A stretch of DNA of 24,000 bases from Thermoproteota archaeon (lineage in GTDB: Archaea; Korarchaeota; Korarchaeia; Korarchaeales; Korarchaeaceae), in assembly GCA_027061785.1 (NCBI GenBank), contig JAMOVA010000017.1:1-24000 (forward strand). The letters are read 5' to 3'. Every line of letters begins with the position of its first letter. Position 1 is the first letter of the stretch. Below, piece after piece: positions 16,088 to 22,073 of the stretch. The notes under the pieces are model-generated. The model saw only the letters and a program-made list of their open reading frames with translations. It searched no databases and was not told the DNA's origin. A program made the translations under genes and the position numbers.

Positions 16088-17509
16088 ATGAGGGAAGTCG
16101 GATTCGTTGTCGGTAGGACCTCCACCAAGTGGGTCACGGTGAGGCTTGAGGAGGAGGTCCTGATTAACGACTTGGTGCTGGTAGGCGACGAGCTCCTTGG
16201 TGTGGTCAGGGGGGTATCCTACGCCAATCCCACCATGTCCCCCTACTCGCCCTTCACTCCCACGAACGTGGAGGCGGTCCGGGCTTACGAGTATCTGAAC
16301 GCTAGCGTGGAGCTGTACGGGTCCCTCATGAGTGGCAGGTTCGATCCCAGGGTTCTGACGGCCACCCCAACCGGCACTCCCGTCTACAAAGTGGAAAGGG
16401 GGGATCTGGAGAATCTGAAGTTCATCGAGAACCCGATATTCATTGGAGAGCATCCCTCCTCCGGATGGCCCCTCCCGCTTGATCCTAGGGCCGTGGATTA
16501 CCACATAGCCGTGGTCGGCTCCACGGGATCGGGCAAGTCGCATCTAGTGAGGCTCTTGGTGAGGGAGCTCGTGAAGGTAGGTAAGAAGGTCGTGATATTC
16601 GACCACACCGGCGCTGACTACGCACCCTTCTTCAGGGAGGAGACTATACCCGACACGGACGTGTTCCCGGACATGCTCTCCCTAGCTGAGGTGATGGCTA
16701 ACAAGGTGCTGGGGAAGGAGTACTTGGATGATGTGGAAGTGGCCCTCTACGCCTACCTGTACAGCGAAGGCGACGTCGGAAAGGCTAGGGAATTCATGGA
16801 GTCCCTTGGCTTCGGGAACGGGCAGTTTGACATGTCGACCATCCTGGAGTTGAGGGATAAGAGCCCTATGGGGATCAGGTGGGACGACGAATCCTTCATA
16901 GCGATTTTGAGGCTCGTTATGGGGTACCTCAAGAGGAGGGAGCACACAGTTGCCAAGTCCCTGTTCAGGCTCGTTAAGTCAGGCATCAGCTTGGGATCGT
17001 TCAACGGGAGGAAGTACGGTATAGATGATCTGGTGGATCTGATCCTCAGCAGGGACCTCACGGTCCTAGACATAAGCTCCGAGACCCTGCCCATCAGATA
17101 CGGCATAATGAGGGGTGTGGTTTCGGGGCTCATGGAGAGGGCAGAACGGAGCGGTGAGAGATTGGATGTCGCTATAGTGGTCGACGAGGCCCAAGTTTAC
17201 GCTAGGGGACAGCCACCCACGGAGGCCCTCTCGGATGTGGCGAGGAGGGGCAGGAAGTGGGGGGTCGGACTGATACTCGTGAGCCAGAGGTGGGTATCCG
17301 ACTTGGACATGAACATAAGGGCGAACATAAACAGCGTGGTATTCAGCTCGCTGCAATCATCCAGCGACCTCGAGGACATAGGTAAGGTCGTCAGTCTGGG
17401 CAGCATAGACGTCGGGGTCTTAGGGACAGGGGACTTCTACATTACAGGTCTACTGTCCCCATTCAGGAGGCCGATACTGGTGCACACGTTCGGTGAGTAC
17501 CATGGATGA
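16088..17509 (+). CDS. herA: HerA-like (DUF87, FtsK/HerA-clade) hexameric ATPase/translocase
   Basis: 473-aa ORF. The N-terminal barrel-like region is VGFVVGRTSTKWVTVRLEEEVLINDLVLVGD..LGVVRGV. Walker A is HIAVVGSTGSGKSH, Walker B is AIVVDEAQVY, and the clade-typical ARRGRKWGVGLILVSQR is present. Confidence 0.85.
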   Translation: MREVGFVVGRTSTKWVTVRLEEEVLINDLVLVGDELLGVVRGVSYANPTMSPYSPFTPTNVEAVRAYEYLNASVELYGSLMSGRFDPRVLTATPTGTPVYKVERGDLENLKFIENPIFIGEHPSSGWPLPLDPRAVDYHIAVVGSTGSGKSHLVRLLVRELVKVGKKVVIFDHTGADYAPFFREETIPDTDVFPDMLSLAEVMANKVLGKEYLDDVEVALYAYLYSEGDVGKAREFMESLGFGNGQFDMSTILELRDKSPMGIRWDDESFIAILRLVMGYLKRREHTVAKSLFRLVKSGISLGSFNGRKYGIDDLVDLILSRDLTVLDISSETLPIRYGIMRGVVSGLMERAERSGERLDVAIVVDEAQVYARGQPPTEALSDVARRGRKWGVGLILVSQRWVSDLDMNIRANINSVVFSSLQSSSDLEDIGKVVSLGSIDVGVLGTGDFYITGLLSPFRRPILVHTFGEYHG

Positions 17510-18686
17510 GAGGGAGGAATGGGGCGAGGATCTCCTAGATCCCGATGTGTATTCCGTGGCCCTGGAGAAGGCAAGGAAAATAGCTGGCAGCATGAGAGAG
17601 GCTTGGGAATACCTACTACCCGTGTATGAGAGGCTTGCTCCCATCATCAGGGGAGATATCCGTGAGTTGAGCGAGTCCCACGAGGAGTATGAGGTCATCG
17701 CCGTAGATTCCACCTTCTCACCAACTCTCTCGCTGAGAGGGTTGAGGGCGGGGTTCATCCTCCTCGCTGCCGTGACCTACCCCAGGCCTTCGCGCCCCAT
17801 ATTCCGATTGAAACATGTAAGGAGCGGTTTGAGGGATGAAGATGAGGATCCCAGCGATGCCATAATCTCTGTCAGGGCGAAGAAGGAGGAATTGCTCCTG
17901 ATCAGAGATATCCTGATCCATAGGGACGATTACGATGTGGTGGTGAGGGACGGTGACCTCCCGCCAGCGGATGCCGTGCTTGAACTGAGGAGGCGTACCG
18001 GGATAACTAGCCTGTCTCACGAGGTGCTGGAACTAGCTAAGAAGAAGGATAAGGGTTTAGTGGGGCTTGTAAAGAGGATAAGCACCTCTCTCATCGCCTA
18101 CAGGTATTTAGGGAAGGAGCTCCTCGAGATAGTGAATTCTCGGCCTGAGGGAGTACCTCAGGGTGTAGTGTGGGACCTGCTGTCTGACCCAGTCCTGGCC
18201 TGGCTCATGCTCGACCCTGGGGAGTTTCTCTCGGTTGGGAAGTACGGGGAAGAGTTCGATGGCATGAGGTTCATTGTCTCCTACTTCTCTTCTATGGTCA
18301 GGAGGAAGGAGAAGTACATAAAGAGGATGAATAAGAGGTTAGAGGACTTCCCCCTCTTCAACGAGGTGGAGGTGGTGTTTTACAGGCCGAGGGCCAGCGG
18401 CGCTCCTGTGGTCAAGCTGACTGGGTTCAACGCGGACATGTGGGAATTCTCTTCCTTCTCCGCTGGCAGCACTCGAGGCCCATCGTATCCGGATTTCATT
18501 AACTTAGCTGATACTGCCTGCATAGAGCACGCCAGATCCATCAGGCCGGAGATGGTCATGCTGGATGCCCTGAGGGTGGCCTCCGAATCTGAGGGACTAG
18601 GTAAGCTGAAGTTCAGGGGTAGAAGAGCGGACTTGGTGTCCTTGCAGAACGTTCAGAAGCTCCATCTATTTTACAGGAGGGAGTGA
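17502..18686 (+). CDS. nurA: NurA-domain nuclease-like protein
   Basis: NurA-type motifs appear in the expected order: YEVIAVDSTFSP (first catalytic Asp), DVVVRDGDLPP, GLVGLVKRISTS, and the C-terminal SYPDFINLADTACIEHA. ATG 17502 is preceded by GGTGAG (SD-like) and overlaps the herA stop as ATGGATGA. The ORF track starts 9 nt earlier at GTG 17493. Confidence 0.75.
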   Translation: MDEREEWGEDLLDPDVYSVALEKARKIAGSMREAWEYLLPVYERLAPIIRGDIRELSESHEEYEVIAVDSTFSPTLSLRGLRAGFILLAAVTYPRPSRPIFRLKHVRSGLRDEDEDPSDAIISVRAKKEELLLIRDILIHRDDYDVVVRDGDLPPADAVLELRRRTGITSLSHEVLELAKKKDKGLVGLVKRISTSLIAYRYLGKELLEIVNSRPEGVPQGVVWDLLSDPVLAWLMLDPGEFLSVGKYGEEFDGMRFIVSYFSSMVRRKEKYIKRMNKRLEDFPLFNEVEVVFYRPRASGAPVVKLTGFNADMWEFSSFSAGSTRGPSYPDFINLADTACIEHARSIRPEMVMLDALRVASESEGLGKLKFRGRRADLVSLQNVQKLHLFYRRE

Positions 18687-18691
18687 TGTGG

Positions 18692-19339
18692 TCAGCAGAC
18701 CACCTCGGTAAGCAGGGATCTCACGTACTCTACCAGCGACCTCCTATCCACTCCCCCGTAAGCTATTATGGAGAAGTCTCTGGACAGTCCCACGGACCCG
18801 CCCAGCTCTGGAGAGTAGAATTGTATGTAGGAAAGCCTCCCTACACGTTTCATCTCCTTGTAAAGATTTAGATCCTCGAGATTCTCTCCGTAGATAGCTA
18901 TCTTCCTGATTCCCAAGCCCCTGAGATCCTCGAAGTGCGCCACCCTGGCCCCCTCGCTGAGGGATTCCAAGACGGCCTCCGGGAGTACGCAGTGCTCGAA
19001 CTCCCCTTCCCCCTTCAAGGCTTCAGTGACCTTGAATGCCACGAATTCAGCCAGTCTTCTCCCTCCGAACACCATAATGAATGAACTTTCGACCTTGAAG
19101 GTCAGGAAGTCGGCGTACTGGGTTTCCACCGTTAGTGAGATACCCCTCCGGGATCTCCTCCTGACCAACCTGTCCCTAGCCAAGGTTCCGGAGACCTGGT
19201 CTCCGTAAGACTCCAAGGACTCGAAAGTGGTTAGGAGAGTCCTCCCTTCTCTCTCTATCTCCTCCCTCCAGTTTGAAAGTGCTTCTATCAGCTTACTAGG
19301 ATCGTAGTCCGGGATTTTGAACAGTTTGGCGGCGATCAC
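18692..19339 (-). CDS. hypothetical protein, no family recognised
   Basis: 215-aa ORF with non-repetitive, balanced composition. It starts at GTG 19339 with its own TATA-like box about 34 nt upstream. Its stop is 5 nt from the nurA-like stop (convergent). I could identify no catalytic or binding motif. Confidence 0.6.
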   Translation of the reverse strand: MIAAKLFKIPDYDPSKLIEALSNWREEIEREGRTLLTTFESLESYGDQVSGTLARDRLVRRRSRRGISLTVETQYADFLTFKVESSFIMVFGGRRLAEFVAFKVTEALKGEGEFEHCVLPEAVLESLSEGARVAHFEDLRGLGIRKIAIYGENLEDLNLYKEMKRVGRLSYIQFYSPELGGSVGLSRDFSIIAYGGVDRRSLVEYVRSLLTEVVC

Positions 19340-19372
19340 AGCGATAACCCTCTCAAGTATAGGAATGGTAAT

Positions 19373-19380
19373 GATAAAAA
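19373..19380 (-). promoter_or_regulatory. TATA-like box (TTTTTATC on minus strand) for the 215-aa gene
   Basis: It lies about 34 nt upstream of GTG 19339, matching the spacing seen at other genes here. Confidence 0.35.
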
Positions 19381-19436
19381 CAGCGAGGAATCATCATGAT
19401 AATCGTTAACATAGATGGCGATCAGTGCTTCGGTTC

Positions 19437-19441
19437 AAAAA
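19437..19441 (-). terminator. oligo-T tract immediately after the RHH gene stop
   Basis: The minus strand reads TAA-TTTTTG. The T5 run directly follows the stop codon at 19442-19444. Confidence 0.35.
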
Positions 19442-19642
19442 TTACCTTCTGAAGTGAGATATGGCTTCCGATATGAACTCCTCGTATACCGCTCTCACTC
19501 TCTCGGCATTCTTCGTTCTTATGAAGCCCAAGAGGGCCGCCTTAATGGCCTCGGACCTGCTCTTGAACATGCCTTCTGATACGAGAGCATCGATGGCATC
19601 GATGAGTTCCTTGTCAACCTGCAGCGATACCTGCTGGCTCAT
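19442..19642 (-). CDS. ribbon-helix-helix (CopG/Arc/MetJ-type) DNA-binding protein
   Basis: 66-aa ORF. The N-terminal beta-strand QVSLQVDKELIDAIDALV is followed by the RHH signature FKSRSEAIKAALLGFI. Confidence 0.8.
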   Translation of the reverse strand: MSQQVSLQVDKELIDAIDALVSEGMFKSRSEAIKAALLGFIRTKNAERVRAVYEEFISEAISHFRR

Positions 19643-19674
19643 TCTCTCACCTTACCTGTTCTGAACGGCTCCTC

Positions 19675-19681
19675 TATATAA
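19675..19681 (-). promoter_or_regulatory. TATA box (CTTATATAG on minus strand) for the RHH gene
   Basis: It lies 33 nt upstream of ATG 19642. GGTGAG lies 3 nt before the ATG. Confidence 0.4.
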
Positions 19682-19697
19682 GCGATTATTGTAGAAA

Positions 19698-19718
19698 TTC
19701 GAAACGACATGTGTCGAA
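19698..19718. repeat. short inverted repeats TTCGA-n11-TCGAA with nested CGACA-TG-TGTCG
   Basis: Read directly from the sequence (ttcgaaacgacatgtgtcgaa). It is located 17-40 bp upstream of the RHH gene TATA box. It is a possible operator, but the arms are only 5 bp. Confidence 0.25.
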
Positions 19719-19838
19719 CATAAGTCGGGATGCGAATACTAACCGTCAGGACCGAGGCAGACTGACTTAAAAAATTCAATCCACAGTCGTGAGGTACGCT
19801 CTTCACCTCCCGCGCCTCCGGAGACCACTGAAGAATAG

Positions 19839-19846
19839 TTTATTTA
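19839..19846 (+). promoter_or_regulatory. TATA box (TTTATTTA) for the RAM-domain / tsr3 operon
   Basis: It lies 44 nt upstream of ATG 19890. The predicted short leader contains GAGGGG. Confidence 0.4.
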
Positions 19847-19889
19847 GGAGCCTATACACTAATCCCGAAGGGGAAAAGAGGGGTCCGAG

Positions 19890-20132
19890 ATGGGTATGTT
19901 GGAGGCGTTTATAGCCATAAGCGTCAAGCCTTCTAGCACAACTGACCTGAAGAAAGCATTTCCAGAGAACGAGAAGGTCAAAGAGGTCTTCTACGTTACT
20001 GGCGAGTTTGATTTCCTCTTGAGAGTGGAGGCGGCTAACACCTTCGAGTTAGCTAGGATAATAGAGGGCCTGAGAAGTCAGGAAGGCGTGGAGAACACCG
20101 TCACATTCATCGTGTTGGAGAAGCTGAAGTGA
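19890..20132 (+). CDS. stand-alone Lrp/AsnC-type ligand-binding (RAM) domain protein
   Basis: 80-aa ORF with the RAM-domain pattern AFIAISVKP...VKEVFYVTGEFDFLLRVEA...LARIIEGLRSQEGVENTVTFIVLEKL. It has no HTH domain. Confidence 0.8.
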   Translation: MGMLEAFIAISVKPSSTTDLKKAFPENEKVKEVFYVTGEFDFLLRVEAANTFELARIIEGLRSQEGVENTVTFIVLEKLK

Positions 20133-20644
20133 GCCCCAAGAGGATCAAGGTAATAGTCCTCAGGCTCCATCAGGACGATCCCAAGAAGGCGACAGGCTCG
20201 AAGCTCCTCAGGCTGGGGCTCGCCGAGAGGTACAGGCCTAGTAGAGGGTTCTCCTTGATAGTATTGAATCCGCTCTCCAAGAAATTTCTATCACCCGTCG
20301 ATGAGGAGGGGACCAGAGGCGTAGTGGCCGTGGACGCCTCTTGGCGTAAGGTCGAGTCGATTAGATGGCCTCATGGGAAGCAGAGGAGGCTGCCCTTCTT
20401 AGTAGCAGCCAATCCCATAAATTACGGGGTGCCCGAGAGACTGTCCACAGTGGAAGCCTTAGCCGCGAGTCTCTACATACTGGGTTACAAGGAGCAGGCC
20501 TTGGAGTTACTCGACCCGTTCAAATGGGGTCCTGAGTTCATTCACCTGAACTATGAGAGGTTAGAGGCCTATTCACGCGAGGAAAATAATGAGGAAGATG
20601 TAAAGTTCCTAGACGACAGGTTTAGGAAGGAGCTATTGGGTTAG
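20129..20644 (+). CDS. tsr3: Tsr3, 16S rRNA aminocarboxypropyltransferase (DUF367 family)
   Basis: 171-aa ORF. Motifs: LHQDDPKKATGSKLLRLGL, AVDASW, and RRLPFLVAANPINYGVPERLSTVEALAASLYILG...FKWGPEFIHLN. It aligns closely by eye with archaeal Tsr3. The GTG start overlaps the upstream TGA (GTGA). Confidence 0.9.
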   Translation: MSPKRIKVIVLRLHQDDPKKATGSKLLRLGLAERYRPSRGFSLIVLNPLSKKFLSPVDEEGTRGVVAVDASWRKVESIRWPHGKQRRLPFLVAANPINYGVPERLSTVEALAASLYILGYKEQALELLDPFKWGPEFIHLNYERLEAYSREENNEEDVKFLDDRFRKELLG

Positions 20645-21145
20645 AGCCCTCTCTATGGCCTCAACGAAGCCCGGCAGGTCGATGGGATATCTAGAGGTGA
20701 TCAGGTTACCGTCCACAACCACTGGTTCGTCCACCCACTCGGCGCCAGCGTTCACCAAGTCGTCCCTGACCTGTCTAGCCGAGGTCAGCTTCCTCCCGCT
20801 CACGACCTTGGCCGAGATGAGCACTTGGGGCCCGTGGCATATGGCGGCTACGACCTTCCCCGCCATGAGCATCTCCCTGACGAACTTCAGCGTATGCTCA
20901 TCGAGCCTGAGCTTGTCGGGGCTGTACCCCCCTGGGATTATGCAAGCATCGAAGTCACTGGCCCTCAGATCCGATGTCTTCACATCAGGCCTCCACTTCC
21001 TACAGCCGTGCTTGCTTCCGAACTCGTCCAGCGGAGACGCTACTACCACCTCATGACCTCTCCACTTGAAGTAATAGAGCGGGAAGGTGAACTCATCATC
21101 CTCCACCCTGTCGTGCACTAGTATGGCTATCCTCGCCATGCCCAT
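20633..21145 (-). CDS. pfpI: PfpI/DJ-1-family intracellular protease / deglycase
   Basis: ARIAILVHDRVEDDEFTFP at the N-terminus, the nucleophile elbow VVAAICHGPQVLISA, and ITSRYPIDLPGF near the C-terminus. The start is ATG 21145 or ATG 21139, and the ORF track uses GTG 21148. The 3' end overlaps tsr3 by 12 nt (convergent). Confidence 0.9.
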   Translation of the reverse strand: MGMARIAILVHDRVEDDEFTFPLYYFKWRGHEVVVASPLDEFGSKHGCRKWRPDVKTSDLRASDFDACIIPGGYSPDKLRLDEHTLKFVREMLMAGKVVAAICHGPQVLISAKVVSGRKLTSARQVRDDLVNAGAEWVDEPVVVDGNLITSRYPIDLPGFVEAIERALTQ

Positions 21146-21164
21146 CACCGGTGTCCATCACCGG
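21142..21164. repeat. tandem direct repeat CCATCACCGG (x2, 13-bp period) spanning the pfpI start region
   Basis: The plus strand reads CCATCACCGG-TGT-CCATCACCGG. On the coding strand each copy is CCGGTGATGG, an SD-like GGTGAT plus ATG. The junction forms the palindrome CACCGGTG. Confidence 0.6.
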
Positions 21165-21169
21165 AAGCC

Positions 21170-21177
21170 AAATTTAT
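21170..21177 (-). promoter_or_regulatory. TATA-like box (ATAAATTT on minus strand) for pfpI
   Basis: It lies 25-31 nt upstream of the candidate ATG starts, in the 42-nt gap after pheA. Confidence 0.35.
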
Positions 21178-21187
21178 GGTTTCAAGG

Positions 21188-22009
21188 CTAGAAGGCCGAG
21201 GTCCTCCTGTAGGTCCCGAGCACTTTCACCCATATCGACTCGCTCTCCAGCTCCTCAAGGGCATCTCTCACGTACTCTTCCCATAGAGACCCCTCGAATT
21301 CCACGAAGAACGAGTAATTCCAAGGTTCCTTCCTTATTGGACGGGATTCGAGCCATAAGAGGTTGATGTTCCTCCTAGCGAACACCCCGAGCGCCCTCCA
21401 CAGGGCACCCGGCACATGCCTCGTGGCGAAGAAGGCTGAGGTGGTGTCAGCGTCCCTAGGCCACTCCCTCTCCTTAGTGATCACGAAGAATCTAGTAGTG
21501 TTGTGGGGCAGGTCCTGAATGTCCCTAGCGAGCACCTCCAATTCGTAAAGCTCGGCCACCCTCTTGCTAGCTATCGCGGCCTTCCTCCTATCCCCTTGCT
21601 CAGCCACTTCCCTAGCGGCCCCTGCAGTGTCGAAGCTCGGAATTACCCTCCATCCCCGAGACTTGAGGAACCCTTCGCACTGGGATATTGCCTCCGGATG
21701 GGAGTACACCACCTCTACGTCCTCCAACCTAGCGCCCTTCACTCCAAGCAGGGCATGCCTCACCCGGACCTTGACCTCTCCCACGACCCTGATGTCCCTC
21801 TCAAGCAGGAGGTCTAAGGATTTCCTGATACTCCCCGTACTGGAATTCTCAACGGGGATGACACCGTAGTCGGCCTCCCCAGACTCTATTGAATCGAACA
21901 CCTCCTCCAAGAACCTTTTAGATAACGGTTCATATTCCTTATCCTGAAAGAATCTCTTGGCCGCTTCATCGCTGTAGGATCCTCTCTCTCCTTGGATGGC
22001 TACCTTCAT
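21188..22009 (-). CDS. pheA: prephenate dehydratase with C-terminal ACT domain
   Basis: Starts MKVAIQGERGSYSDEAA, the canonical family N-terminus. It contains TTRFFVI and the ACT-domain signature NLLWLESRPIRKEPWNYSFFVEFEG. ATG 22009 is chosen. The ORF-track start at 22216 adds 69 non-homologous residues that overlap the divergent gene. Confidence 0.9.
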   Translation of the reverse strand: MKVAIQGERGSYSDEAAKRFFQDKEYEPLSKRFLEEVFDSIESGEADYGVIPVENSSTGSIRKSLDLLLERDIRVVGEVKVRVRHALLGVKGARLEDVEVVYSHPEAISQCEGFLKSRGWRVIPSFDTAGAAREVAEQGDRRKAAIASKRVAELYELEVLARDIQDLPHNTTRFFVITKEREWPRDADTTSAFFATRHVPGALWRALGVFARRNINLLWLESRPIRKEPWNYSFFVEFEGSLWEEYVRDALEELESESIWVKVLGTYRRTSAF

Positions 22010-22033
22010 CCCTCCACAACCGGGAAGACCGTT

Positions 22034-22053
22034 GAAAAATGTTATCATTAAAG
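22034..22053. promoter_or_regulatory. A/T-rich divergent promoter region (GAAAAATGTTATCATTAAAG) between pheA and the PurM-like gene
   Basis: This is the only A/T-rich stretch in the 64-bp gap. It lies 25-36 nt from ATG 22009 (minus) and 21-28 nt from ATG 22074 (plus), so both mRNAs would be leaderless. Confidence 0.35.
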
Positions 22054-22073
22054 CCCTCCGCACACCCCGAGAA

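Noticed and set aside
19722-19768. Possible C/D-box sRNA: terminal pairing AAGTC...GACTT, a CTGA D-box-like element and GATGCGA near the 5' end
   Set aside because: There is no canonical C box (RUGAUGA). The candidate has an extra nucleotide that disrupts the GA-GA spacing. The D-like box overlaps the terminal stem. No C'/D' pair is present.
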